DNA of 64,000 nt from Octopus vulgaris (GCA_951406725.2 OX597824.1:24366001-24430000); one strand, 5' to 3'; positions 1-12,585 are shown, counted from the stretch's first letter. The notes: a model not told the origin generated them from the letters alone. Made by a program: numbers and translations.

Positions 1-110
1 AAAGTATTATTGACGCTCAGGAAAGAAGGGAAGGAGGGTTTAACGTTTCGAGCGGAGCTCTTCGTCGGAAACAAGGAGAAGGAAAGATCCCAAGAAGGGA
101 AGACAGAGGA
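1..110 (-). mobile_element. Penelope-like terminal fragment with HHR-like core (family B)
   Basis: Minus strand reads CCGACGA-A-GAGC-TCC-GCTC-GAAAC-GTT...GAGCGTC. The same module recurs at 21524-21655 and 44930-45126, always next to (TA)n. Confidence 0.55.
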
Positions 111-235
111 AATATATATATATACATGCATATAAACATGTCTATATATCGATGTAGTCATACTATGTGCAAATACGCACCATATTGGCACATACATGCA
201 TGTCCATACATGTATATACACATACACAATAGGTA

Positions 236-412
236 TGTGTGGTAACATAGCTGTGTGGTAAGAAGCTTGCTTCATAACTACATGGTTCCGGGTTCAGTCC
301 TACTGTGTGGGACCTTGGGCAAGTGTCTTATACTATAGTCCTTCGTGCCGCGCAAAGCCTTGTGAGTGCATTTGGTAGGCGGAAAGTTAAAAAAGCCCGT
401 CGTATATATAAG

Positions 413-463
<51 letters not shown>

Positions 464-572
464 ATACCGCGTGACAACCGGTGTTGGACTGCTTACGTCC
501 GCGTAACTTAGAGTTTCGGCAAAACTAATAAGTATTAGGCTTTAAAAAATAAGTCCTGGGTGGTAGATTTGT
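236..572 (+). mobile_element. tRNA-derived SINE family A (CORE-type)
   Basis: tRNA-like head with B-box-like GGTTCAGTCC, CORE-like CCTTGGGCAAGTGTCTT, internal TA/TG microsatellite. Homologous to many other copies in the window. Confidence 0.8.
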
Positions 573-660
<88 letters not shown>

Positions 661-666
661 TATGTA

Positions 667-707
<41 letters not shown>

Positions 708-729
708 GCATATATATATATATATATAT

Positions 730-856
730 ATAAACCCTCCTTCTTTCCTTCTTTCCTTCTTTCCTTCTTTCCTGAGCGTCCAATAACACTGTACTTGTTC
801 CACGTCCTCGCGTTCTTGTGTTTTCTCTTTGTGTTTTCATGTTTGGATTAACTTTA
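730..856 (+). mobile_element. Family B Penelope-like 3' fragment
   Basis: AAACCCTCCTTC...CCTGAGCGTCCAATAA...GTTTGGATTAAC matches 21550-21655; flanked by (TA)n. Confidence 0.55.
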
Positions 857-1570
857 TATATATAGATATATACACGACCGACGGGCTGTGTGTGTGCGTG
901 TGCGTGCGTGTATGTGTAAGTTTCGGGGTCGATTTACTCGATTAAAGCTCTTCGAGGTGGTGCCCCAGCATGGCCGCAGTGTCCAAGTGAAAGATGAACG
1001 ATCGACATAAACACATGCATTTACAAGTCTCTACATACACACACACGTGCGCGCGTGCACAGAGAGAGAGTGAGTGAGTGAGAGGCAGCCTGAGACAGAC
1101 AGACAGACAGACTGAGACAGACAGACAGACAGACAGTCAAACAGTCAGCTAGACATGTACAGAGATCAATGCACGCAGTTACATGAAGCCAAGAAGCCAA
1201 TGGTAGATAAAGCAGAGACTGAAGAGGTTGGTGTACGTAACAAGCTGTGACAGATCATTGTAATATCGGCGGCTTCTTTAACCCCGAACTACTTGTGCTA
1301 GGAAGGGCAGGTAGCGTAAGGAGGTGGGGGGAGGGGTAAGGGTTAGGGTTTAATGAGGAGGAGTGACGGAGGTGGGTAGAGAGCTGTGGAGACGGCGCAG
1401 ACAAGAATGAACCGGTACTCTGTCTGTGTGTCTGTGTGTCTGTGTGTCTGTCTGTCTGTCTGTGTGTCTGTCTGTCTGTCTCTCTCTTTCGAGATAACAC
1501 GGACGACCAATGCTTACCCGGCAACAGATAGCAAAGTAGAGCTCCATCGCATGCCAGCACCTACAGGTAC

Positions 1571-1574
<4 letters not shown>

Positions 1575-1614
<40 letters not shown>

Positions 1615-1768
1615 GGGACAGAATCAGAGAGGGAGAGGAGAGAGAGGAGGAGGAGGAGAGAGGCAGACAGACAGACAGGCAAGCAGACAGACAAGCAGGC
1701 AAGCAGACAGACAGACAAACTGAGAGAGAGAGGGAGTAACAGACATAAACGAGGACAGACAGACAGAC

Positions 1769-1841
<73 letters not shown>

Positions 1842-2100
1842 TACCGAGGAAGAGAGAGAGAGAGAGAGAGAGTGGCAGACAGAGACAGAGAGAGAAAGGC
1901 AGAGACAAAGACAGAGACAGAGAGAGAAAGGCAGAGACAAAGACAGAGACAGAGAGAGAAAGGCAGAGACAAAGACAGAGAGAGAGAAAGGCAGAGACAA
2001 AGACAGAGACAGAGAGGAAGAGAGAGAGAGAGAGACAAAGAGAGACAGACAGACTGAGAAAGACACAGAGAGAGAAAGAGTGTGTGAAAGGGACACAGAG
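1575..2100. repeat. Compound (AG)n/(GACA)n/(GATA)n microsatellite with GGCAGAGACAAAGACAGAG minisatellite units
   Basis: Directly visible. Confidence 0.95.
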
Positions 2101-2555
2101 CGAAAGAGACAGGGTAATAGTATGACAGAACGAGAAGACACACACAGCCGTTTATTGTAATCACGAATAATAACGTCAACTGATTATTGTTGAGGTAATT
2201 AGCGGGCTTTGATTTCTTCATTTGCATAATGTTATCAGCCGACTATTTATTATTTTTTATCAAGCCGGCTTCAAATGGCTCAAAAACACAAACATGCAAA
2301 CACACATAAGGATGGATGAGTGTGGTTGGAATATGTATATATATATATATATATTTGAGTAATTGAATGAATTATCTTATTAAGGATAATTCGAAAGATA
2401 ACCGATACCTGGGTAGCAAATTCACATCAGAAAGAACACGGTTGAAGCTACGTCCCTAGGGCATAGACTACGTGTCTTCGTGCGGAAATTTGCATGTTTG
2501 TTTTAAAATTATAAGTATATGAAAGAATGGAGTAGAACGACTAGTTAACAAATAT

Positions 2556-2650
2556 CCTTTATTCTCGACATATGTTTCGAAGGTTGCATATTCCTAATTC
2601 CGAAGGAATAAGGAGTACATTATGCAGATTTCTCATCAGGAAAATCAAGG
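2556..2650 (-). ncRNA. Type I hammerhead ribozyme, intact core
   Basis: Minus strand: stem I CCTTGATTTTC/GAGAATAAAGG; core CTGATGA; long stem II (GAA/TTC, TGCATA/TATGCA, TCCT/AGGA, ATTCC/GGAAT); GAAA; minimal stem III C-ATAT-G; GTC cleavage triplet. Confidence 0.85.
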
Positions 2651-2710
2651 AACTTATGTCGACATCAAAATGCAAAAAAACTTTTAGCTGACCGCTCTCA
2701 AGGAGCCCAT

Positions 2711-3098
2711 AGGCGTGGGAGTGACTGTGTGGTATGTAGCTTACTTACGAATCACATGGTTCCAGGTTCAGTCCCACTGCGTGGCACCTTGGGCCAACCA
2801 AAGCCTTGTGAGTGGATTTGGTCGATGGAAACTGAAAGAAGCCCGTCGTATATATGTATATATATATATATATGTATGTGTGTGTATATCATTGTGTGCC
2901 TGTGTTTGTCCCCCCACCCCAACATCGCTTGACAACCGATGCTGGTGTGTTTACGTCCCGGTAACTTAGTGGTTCAGCAAAAGATACCGATACAATAAGT
3001 ACTAGGCTTCCAAAGAATAAGTCCTGGGGTCGATTTGCTCGACTAAAGGCGGTGCTCCAACATGGCCACAGTCAAATGACTGAAACAAGTAAAAGAGT
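2711..3098 (+). mobile_element. SINE family A, near full length
   Basis: Head GGCGTGGGAGTGACTGTGTGG; tail GGCGGTGCTCCAACATGGCCACAGTCAAATGACTGAAACAAGTAAAAGAG. Confidence 0.9.
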
Positions 3099-3104
3099 AG
3101 CATT

Positions 3105-3872
3105 TATCGTTTACTTATTTCAGCCAGTAGATTGCGGCCATGCTGGAGTACCGCCTTGAAGAAATTTTAGTCTCCAGTACTTACTTTTATAAGCCTGGTC
3201 TCTTATGCTGAACTGCTATGTTACAGGGACGTAAACACACTAACATCTGTTGTCAAGCGCTAGCGGGGAAACAAATCCAGACACAAACACAATTTATTTT
3301 CGAAGGCACGATAATACAATAGCATGAACAGGATAAACTATCCAGATATTGCAGAAAAGAAATCGCTACCTGCCAGCCAGAAGACTCGAACTCACATCTC
3401 TGTGATTACGCATCAAGTGCTTTAACCTGTAAGCTAATTTGCTCAGCAACGAATTGTTCTGCAATTTTAGGATCTATAAATCTAGCTTTATAAGAAGCTG
3501 ACGTTAAATTTAACTTACGATGAAGGTAGACAAAGTTTGCTTTAGAAGCGCTGAGATGTATTGAAAGATACAGAAATAATTTATTTTCAAGCGCATGATA
3601 GTGCTAATACAGTACCACGAACAAGATAACCCACCCATATATATTGAAGACAAACACAGACACACAAACATACACACATATATATATATATATATATATA
3701 CATATATACGACGGGCTTCTTTCAGTTTCCGTCTACCAAATCCACTCACAAGGCTTTGGTCGGCCCGAGGCTATAGTAGAAGACACTTGCCCAAGGTGCC
3801 ACGCAGTGGGACTGAACCCGGAACCATTTGATTTGTAAGCAAGCTACTTACCACATAGCCACTCCTACGCCT
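3105..3872 (-). mobile_element. SINE family A, 3' half (3105-3290) and 5' half (3648-3872) separated by unrelated sequence
   Basis: Both halves match family A on the minus strand. Confidence 0.75.
3371..3443 (-). pseudogene. Degenerate tRNA-like sequence (CGT in anticodon position)
   Basis: Minus strand TAGCTTACAGGTTAAAGC (A-box/D-arm-like), TGATGCGTAATCA anticodon-like arm, GAGTTCGAGTCT B-box. Acceptor stem poor. Confidence 0.4.
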
Positions 3873-4093
3873 ATTAAAAAAAATATATATATATTTTAAT
3901 AAGTGTAGGTGGTATACGAGTGGGTATATATTTATAAAAAAGAAGTTTGAAAACGCCACTATATAAGATAAATTTTAATTTTCTAAGAGATTTTATATGT
4001 TTCGGTTCTTCTTGAAAAAAGGAACCTTATCAAAAATATTTTTAAAAGCTAAGTGTAAAAATGACCAGCGGCCGAAATAGCAGTAGCAGCAGT

Positions 4094-4152
<59 letters not shown>

Positions 4153-4194
4153 GCATTATATGGCTAATAGGTTTAAAAGAGACATACCTGTCTT

Positions 4195-4367
4195 CATGGC
4201 CGAAACAGCTGTCAGCTACAATGTAAATGTATTTCTATGTCTTGTTATATTTGTATTATATTAATGTATAATATCATTGCTATTGTGTAGTGTTCTAATA
4301 AAGTATTGATTCGGTATTATCTGATAGTTGATGATTGATTTAGATATATTTCTCCATTTTCTCATTT

Positions 4368-4372
<5 letters not shown>
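4195..4372 (+). mobile_element. Penelope-like terminal fragment with HHR 3' half
   Basis: GGCC-GAAAC-AGCT-GTC. The downstream ~110 bp is homologous to 17212-17325 and both end TTTCTCCATTTTCTCATTTTG(TA)n. Confidence 0.5.
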
Positions 4373-4406
<34 letters not shown>

Positions 4407-4625
4407 CATACACAGACATTTAACTTATATTAGTCTTAATGCATACACAGGCACACACTCATGCACAAACACACATATATACACACACTATTGTTAGATG
4501 AGCACATGCATGTTCCCCAACAGCTGAGCACCTCATCCTTGCTTTTTAAACACCTTGTATATCAATAGAAGTTAGTTAAAAATTGTAATATGAGAGATTA
4601 AATGAAAAGCTGCTTGAAATTTTAT

Positions 4626-5447
4626 TGAAGAGCAGGTAAAATAAAGAGTTGAAGATGTGCGAGGACTATGTTAAATTATGTAGCGAAGTCTTTGACTAAT
4701 GATTCCAAAGGAAACAGCTGGAATTCGTAGTTAAGGAGAGTTACCGTATTTACTCGAATGTAGATCACCCTGTTTTATTCTCGATTGTAACTCAAAAAAA
4801 AGCAAACTGTGAAGCGACTTATACTTAAGGTAAAGTCTGAATATCAAGGGAAATTTTTTGTACCAGATCTAATACGAAATGTTCCTTTTCAAAACTAATT
4901 AGGAGATTATTGTAAAACTGGCACAATATCTTCTTCAAGAAATGGTGATGATGGTGAATAGCATATCTGAGTGAGTAAAAACTGATGGATTTGGAGTTTT
5001 AATTTTTCGTTCTTTTCCTTTAGGGTATGAGATGAAGAGCAGGTAAAATAAAGAGTTGAAGATGTGTGAGGACTATGTTAAATTATGTAGCGAAATCTTT
5101 GACTAATGCTTCCAAAGGAAACAGCTGGAATTCGTAGTTAAGGAGAGTTACCGTATTTACTCGAATGTAGATCACCCTGTTTTATTCTTGATTGTAACTC
5201 AAAAAAAAAAACTGTGAAGCGACTTATACTTAAGGTAAAGTCTGAATATCAAGGGAAATTTTTTGTACCAGATCTAACACGAAATCTTCCTTTTCAAAAC
5301 TAACTGCAACACTGGGAGATTATTGTAAAACTGGCACAATATCTTCTTCAAGAAATGGTGATGATGGTGAATAGCATATCTGAATAAGTAAAAACTGATG
5401 GATTTGGAGTTTTAATTTTTCGTTCTTTTCCTTTAGTGTATGAGATG
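4626..5447. repeat. Tandem duplication, unit ~407 bp x2
   Basis: TGAAGAGCAGGTAAAATAAAGAG starts at 4626 and 5033. The copies differ by a few substitutions and small indels. Confidence 0.95.
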
Positions 5448-5566
5448 TTTTACCATAGCCGTTTTGGCGCCGCCTATTTGGCGTCGCTGATTCGACGCTG
5501 ACTTATTTGACATCAGGTATTATAATGTTTGTCTTGTTTTAATGCTTCTCTCGTTCTCTTCCCCTA

Positions 5567-5614
<48 letters not shown>

Positions 5615-6149
5615 ATGTGTGCGAGAATATTCCTCTTTATGCGTAAGAGGAGAGGGAAATTATTTATGTCGATCCTGTTCAAGTAATATGTTGTGACGTC
5701 TCTCTCCCTCTCTTTCTCCTCTTTTTCTTCCCCTCTACTCTCCTCTCTCTCTCTCTCTCTCACTCTCTCTCTCTCTTTTTCTCACTCTTTCTATATGCAT
5801 ATTTCTGCGCCTGCGTATGTGTTTGCCTCCACTACCAAAAAGTACTGTCACCGAAACAGCTGACTGTCCTCTCAACCGCGCCCAATCGTCAGCGTCCAAG
5901 CAGCTACGCCAGATCGTCTCATTCTGTGTATTTTCTTTTTCTTTTCTTTTTCTTTTGCCCATACACAGTCGAAGAGCCAATGTTATAATAAATCACACAA
6001 ACTTCAGACTGCTCTGTTGTCGAGTCTTCCTGTTATCTTTTTTTTCTTTCTTTCAAACGTATGATACAAGTGATTTATATTACGAGAAGAACATTTTAAA
6101 TGCATTACTACCACAACAGAGGCTAAATTTGATCAAGTAGTAGTAAATA

Positions 6150-6505
6150 CAGAAACTAGAAATCTTCAGAATCATGTAATGCGACTTATTACTAACACCA
6201 AATTCTAAAACCATATCGAAATTGAAGATCTAAGAAAAATAACCAAATTACACCAATCTCCTCTGTCATCAAAAATAAGTACTCAAGCTACTTGGCCACA
6301 CTAAGCGAATGATTCGTGGCGCCAGAACGATCTGCTTGGAAAGTATGATTAATGGAAAGAGAAACAGAGGTCGGCAAAAGATGGAGACATAGCATCACAG
6401 CATGGACAGGTCTTGACATATCATTCCTGAATGCTCTTGCGAAGTATCAAATGCTATGGAGGCAGGTATCTCGTGTTTGGTGCACATCGTGCCACAAGCG
6501 GCGAG
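6150..6505 (+). pseudogene. RTE-clade LINE ORF C-terminal remnant
   Basis: Frameshifted translation LGHTKR..ICLESMINGKRNRGRQK/RWRHSITAWTG...A....WRQ matches the RTE C-terminal pattern GH.R...EG...GKR.RGRP..RW.D.I..WTG...A.DR..WR. Confidence 0.75.
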
Positions 6506-6769
6506 GGCGGGAAATGATGGCGCGAATGGATAAAAAAAAAAGAGAAAGGAGGAGAGGGACAGATAGAGGAAGAGAACAAGAGAAACTTCAAAATAAGAGA
6601 AACATTAAAACGTCTGATGTGTAACATATGTCAGCGCCGAATCAGCAACGCCACATAAACACCGACAAAACAGCTGTGCCACAACGTCTCAAAAGCTGAG
6701 GAAAAACTTGGCCGGTAAGTTGCCGACATATTAATATATTACCAAATATGATGTCCAGTATGTATTTTT

Positions 6770-7135
6770 TATCTTTTATTCGTTGAGCCATTAGATTGTG
6801 GTCATGCTGGGGCAACAAGTTAATGGGTTTAGTCAAACAAATTGATCCTGATCCTTTTCTTTTTTATTAAGTCTTATCCTCATTCGATCGGTCTCTTTTT
6901 GCTGAACCGCTAACTTATGGTGACGTAGACAAACCCACACTAGTTGTCAAGTGGTAGTACGGGTTAAACACAAACGGAAAGATACACAAACTTCGGTCTA
7001 CACAGATATACCACTCACAGTCCCTTGGTCGCCTTGGGACTATAGCAGAAGACACGGGCCTAAGCTGCCACTCAGTGGGACTGAACCCAAAACCATGTGA
7101 TTGGGAAGCAGACTTCTTACCATCCAGCCATGCTT
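6770..7135 (-). mobile_element. SINE family A (diverged)
   Basis: Homologous to family A on the minus strand. Confidence 0.8.
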
Positions 7136-7889
7136 CCACTTATTATACATGAAGCCCGAATAATAATGGAATGAATCATCATAAATATGAACTTTACATC
7201 TTCTATGGATGCAGAAAACCAGAATGGGTAAAAAGTTCGCTTCGCAATCACAAGGCCCCATGTTCAATCCCACAATATGGCATCAAGATAAAGTGTTTTT
7301 TACCATAATCTCGTCTCGGCCCAATTTTTGAGGGTGGAAATGAGTTGATAGAAACTGTATGGAAGCCCGTCGGGTGGGTTCTACCCATAATTTGAATGTC
7401 CAATATTGTCATACTGTATCATACTGAAAAGAGAAATGAAAAAATAGACTGATTGATTGATCGATTGATTGATTGATTGATTGATTGATAAATAGATGGA
7501 TTGATGGGTATGTAGGTAGGTAAGTAGGTAGGTAGGTAGGTAAGGTAGGTAGGTAGGTAGGTAGGTAGGTAGGTAGGTAGGTAGGTAGGTAGGTAGGTAA
7601 GTCTATTCAACTTAGCATTAAGGTGTTTGCTGTCTTGTATTGGTGCTTGAAATTCTTATATAATTTGTTATTTTGCTCTCTTACTCAGCTAGATAGAGAG
7701 AGAGAGAAATCGAGAGACAGACAGACAGATAGACAGATAGACAGAGACAGACAAACACACACACACACACACATACACACACACAGATGAATAATGAGAT
7801 AGATAAAGATAGGGAGGCGTATAGAGAAACAAATAGACAGACAGCAGACAGACAGACACAGACAGATAGATAGATAGATAGGTAGATAA

Positions 7890-8570
7890 GTTTCTTTATT
7901 GGCCACACAGGGCTGCACACAGATGGGACAAGTTACAAGGTAGAGCTTTTCTTTTGGGGGATGAAAAAAAGGGGGTGGCGTAGGTTTTCGATCAAGAGGG
8001 ATCGTAAAAGGGAAGAAAAGAACAAAAAAAATGAAAAAAAATAAATAGAATAAAAATAAAAAGAATAAAAGAAAAAAAAAGGAAAAGGAACAAAAGAAAA
8101 GAGAAATGAAAAAAGAAGAAAAAGGGGAAAAAAAGGGGAAGAGGAAAAAAAAAAGAACGATCAATAGGGATCGTGTATCACAGTGTTATGATATATGGTG
8201 TAAAGGGGAAAGCAAGTAAGGTTTATCCGTGGAAAGAAAAGCCTACGAAAAAGACCACGGTAACCTTGGTCAATATTGTTATGTGTTACCACATTTGTTT
8301 GCAAGTGGGTAACCCTCTGTTTTCAATTTCTGGGTTCATAGGATTATGCTCAAGGTGGCTTCGTCATTCATACGTGCCATCCTTGCTACATTCACCCATC
8401 TTTTTTTAAAACATTCGCTAGACAAAACTTGCCTCTCTACTCTCACTTTCCTTTTCAAGTGGTACTTGAAGAAGTTGATGAGAGATTGACCAGAGAGGAA
8501 AGTGTTTGTCTCCGATCCTTTCAGACGCGTCCACCAGATACATTCTTTCGCCATAGCCACAAGGATGATG
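7890..8570 (-). mobile_element. Tx1/L1-like non-LTR retrotransposon 3' end (ORF2 C-terminus plus 3' UTR)
   Basis: Minus-strand ORF IILVAMAKECIWWTR...FFKYHLKRKVRVER....F.KRW..stop (8336) resembles the Tx1/L1 ORF2 terminus. The pyrimidine-rich UTR ends GGCCAATAAAGAAAC followed by (CTAT)n. Confidence 0.7.
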
Positions 8571-8818
8571 ACTATGGCGAAAGAATGACCAAGGTTACCG
8601 TGGTCTTTTTCGTAGGCTTTTCTTCCCACGGATAAACCTTACTTGCTTTCCCCTTTACACCATATATCATAACACTGTGATACACGATCCCTATTGATCG
8701 TTCTTTTTTTTTCTCTTCCCCTTTTTTTCCCATTTTTCTTCTTTTTTCATTTCTCTTTCCTTTTGTTCCTTTTCCCTTTCTTTCTTTTTTCTTTTATTCT
8801 TTTTATTTTTTATTCTAT
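8045..8818. repeat. Inverted repeat, ~230 bp arms (8045-8272 / 8586-8818)
   Basis: The right arm is the near-exact reverse complement of the Tx1-like 3' UTR. Confidence 0.95.
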
Positions 8819-8976
<158 letters not shown>

Positions 8977-9079
8977 AGTGAAAGTAGGGTTATTCAGTAC
9001 TGCTACATTTAAGAGAGGACTCAATACAGGCATTATTGTTTTACGTATTCGTACATACACGAACACATACAGAGTAATA

Positions 9080-9137
<58 letters not shown>

Positions 9138-9594
9138 ATCAGAAACGTCAGTTTTTGCAGAGAAATATTAACGGTCACCTTGAATGTTCTGCAAAAAGGG
9201 GGCAGACACTTTGTCACCACACCTTCTGTTCGGCTTGACCTTTTACCGAGATTCTTGTATAATATGAACGTCAGCGACAATAACATCAACAACAAAAACA
9301 ACAACAACAACCACACTGACAGCAACGACGACGATGGCGACCACAGGAGCAAACAACAATAACAACAATAACAACTACTATGTAGTCATAAAACCTGCTA
9401 GAAATAGCAACCAAACCATCTTTAAATCACACATTAACGTTTAAAATAAGGAAAGGACAAATTGGATAAAATAGTATTAGGTGTCACTAGAAAAGTGGGG
9501 TTGTCATGGATGGAAGCTTTTCATCATAGGTCTGCTGAATTAGGGGTCAAATAAGAACAGCTACAAATACAAGGCAACGCGGGATGTCCTAGAT

Positions 9595-10075
9595 CAGTGG
9601 TACTCAACCGGGGAAAGGCGGCGAGCTGGCAGAAACGTTAACACGCCGGGCGAAATGCTTAGCGGCATTTCGTCTGCCGCTACGTTCTGAGTTCAAATTC
9701 CGCCGAGGTCGACTTTGCCTTTCATCCTTTCGGGGTCAATAAATTAAGGACCAGTTACGTACTGGGGTCGATGTAATCGACTTAGTCCGTTTGTCTGTCC
9801 TTGTTTGTCCTCTCCGTGTTTGGCCCCTTGTGGGTATTAAAGAAATAGGTATTTCGTCTGCCGTTAAGTTCTGAGTTCAAATTCCGCCGAGGTCCACTTT
9901 GCCTTTCATCCTTTCGGGGTCGATTAAATAAGTACCAGCTACGCACTAGGGTCGATGTAATCGACTTAATCCGTTTGTCTGTCCTTGTTTGTCCCCTCTG
10001 TGTGTAGCCCGTTGTGGGCTGTAAAGAAATAGGTACTCAACCGGGGTCCGTACCACCCTTGGAGGTCCATTTAAA
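9595..10075 (+). mobile_element. hAT-like MITE end interrupted by a Meta-type SINE
   Basis: CAGTGGTACTCAACCGGGG is a hAT/Charlie-like terminus. The 15 bp direct repeat GGTACTCAACCGGGG at 9599-9613 and 10032-10046 flanks the SINE. Confidence 0.6.
9617..10031 (+). mobile_element. SINE family M (Meta-domain-like) with internally duplicated body
   Basis: Head GGCGGCGAGCTGGCAGAAACG, B-box GAGTTCAAATTCC, central GCCTTTCATCCTTTCGGGGTCGA; ~180 bp body repeated twice; 15 bp TSD. Confidence 0.9.
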
Positions 10076-10122
10076 ATTTTGTTTTTAAATTTTAAGTGCA
10101 CTGAATTGATTATATGTCTACA

Positions 10123-11040
10123 AGGCGTGTGGTTTAGTGGTTAGAGTATTCGGCTCACGATCGTAAAGTCGTGAGTTCGATTCCCAGCGCCGCATTGTGT
10201 TCTTGAGCAAGGCATTTTATTTCACGTTGCTCCAGTCCATTCAGCTGCTAAATATGAGTTGTACCTGTTTTCCAAAGAACATGATAACAAGGTACACTCT
10301 GTGTCACGCTGAGTCTCCCTCAAGACTACGTTAAAGGTACACGTCTCTATGGAATGCTCAGCCACTTTCACGCTAATTTCACGTGCAGGCTGTCATTCCT
10401 GAATCTCCCTGAGTACTACGTTAAGTGTACACGTGTCTGAGGTGTACTCAGCCACCTCCACATTAATTTCCCTAGCAAACCGTTATCCCTGAATTTCCCA
10501 ACTACGTTAAGTGTACACGTGTCTGTGGAGTACTCTGCCACTTGCATATTAATTTCACTTGCACACTGTTATCCCTGAATCCCCCTCAGGACTATGTTAC
10601 GGGTACACGTGTCTGTGGAGTACTCAGCCAGTTGCACAATAATTTCACTAGCAGACCGTTATCCCTGTATCTCCCTCAGAACTACGTTAAGGGTACACGT
10701 GTCTGTGGAGTACTCAGCCGTTTTGACGTTAACCTCACGAGCAGATGACTCCGTTGATCATAAGGTCGTATGTTCGATTCCCGGCGGCGGGTTGTGTCCT
10801 TGAGCAAGACACTTTACTTCACGTTGCTCCAATCCACTCAAATGGCAAAAATGAGATGTACCTGTATTTTAAAGGACCAGCCTAGCACATTCTGAGTCAC
10901 GCTGAATCTCCCTGAAAACTACCTTAAGAGTACGCGTGTCTTTGGAGTGCTCAGCCATTTCAACGTTAATTACACGATCAGGCTATTCTGTTGATTCAAT
11001 CTACTGGATCCCCTCGTCGTCGTAACCGACGGAGTACCAG
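10123..11040 (+). mobile_element. tRNA-derived SINE family D dimer with internal ~90 bp tandem array
   Basis: tRNA head (GAGTTCGATTCCC), GTGTTCTTGAGCAAGGCA; five ~90 bp units 10310-10750; second body from ~10755; end CGTAACCGACGGAGT shared with 33790. Confidence 0.85.
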
Positions 11041-11104
11041 TTTGAATATTTCTACAATAAATAAAATATTTTAATAATTTTTTTTATACAAGTCTTAATA
11101 ATCC

Positions 11105-11680
11105 TTCCTACTATAGGTACAAGGTCGAAAATTTGGGAGGGGGGGATTACTCGATTACATCGACCCCAGTGTGAAACTAGTACATAATTTATCGATCCCG
11201 AAAGGATGAAAGGCTAAATGGACCTCGGTGGCTTTGAACTCAGAACACGAAGACTGACGAAATACCTATTTCTTTACTACCCACAAGGGGCTAAACACAG
11301 AAGGGACAAACAAGGACAGACAAACGGATTAAGTCAATTATATCGACCCCAGTGCGTAACTGGTACTTATTTAATCGACCCCGAAAGGATGAAAGGCACA
11401 GTCGCCCTCGGCGGAATTTGAACTCAACGTAACGGCAGACGAAATACCTATTTCTTTACTACCCACAAGGGGCTAAACACAGAAGGGACAAACAAGGACA
11501 GACAAACGGATTAAGTCGATTATATCGACCCCAGTGCGTAACTGGTACTTATTTAATCGTCCCCGAAAGGATGAAAGACGAAGTCGACCTCGGCGGAATT
11601 TGAACTCAGAACGTAACGGCAGACGAAATACGGCTACGCATTTCGCCCGGCGTGCTAACGTTTCTGCCAGCTCGCCGCCT
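11105..11680 (-). mobile_element. SINE family M, body triplicated
   Basis: Reverse complement of the family M head ends at 11680; three CCCGAAAGGATGAAAG blocks. Confidence 0.9.
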
Positions 11681-12109
11681 TAATGATCTACTAGAAATAA
11701 TAGCCAAAATCCGTTAAACCACATATAACCGTCTTTCTTTTTAAAAACTATACATTGCGAGATGTAATTCTAGATAGGCATAGGTATGGCTGTGTGGTTA
11801 AGAAGCTCGCTTTGCAACCAGGTGATTTCGGGTTCACTGTCACTGTGCGGCACCTTGGGCAACTATCTACTATCGGCCCGAGTCATCCAGCAGCCTTGTG
11901 AGTGGATTGGACAGACAAAAACTGTGTAGAAACCTATTGTTTTGTTGTTGCTGTGTGTGTGTGTGTATTTGTCCCATTCACACAATTTGATAGACGGCGT
12001 TGGTTTGTTTACGACCTCATTTCGCATGTCGCCAAAAGATACCGATAGAATATGTACTAAACATTTTTAAAGCATAAGTACAGTGTATAGTTAGTGATGG
12101 CAGTAGTTG

Positions 12110-12438
<329 letters not shown>

Positions 12439-12554
12439 AAAATAGGGCAGGCGACACTTAACTACATCAACTAGGATGACGCCAGAGGCGATAAGGATAA
12501 GAAACTAGGTGAAGGTGGAGACAAGGCGTGTCATGAACGCAGATGAACGTTTGC

Positions 12555-12555
<1 letters not shown>

Positions 12556-12585
<30 letters not shown>

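Noticed and set aside
1335-1350. Telomeric TTAGGG
   Set aside because: Only one exact unit.
3992-4035. HHR-like motif on minus strand (TTGATAA-GGTTC..GAACC-GAAAC-ATAT)
   Set aside because: Core doubly mutated and no GUH triplet; at best a dead remnant.
10310-10750. CRISPR-like periodicity
   Set aside because: Whole ~90 bp units are homologous with no unique spacers; SINE-derived; eukaryotic context.
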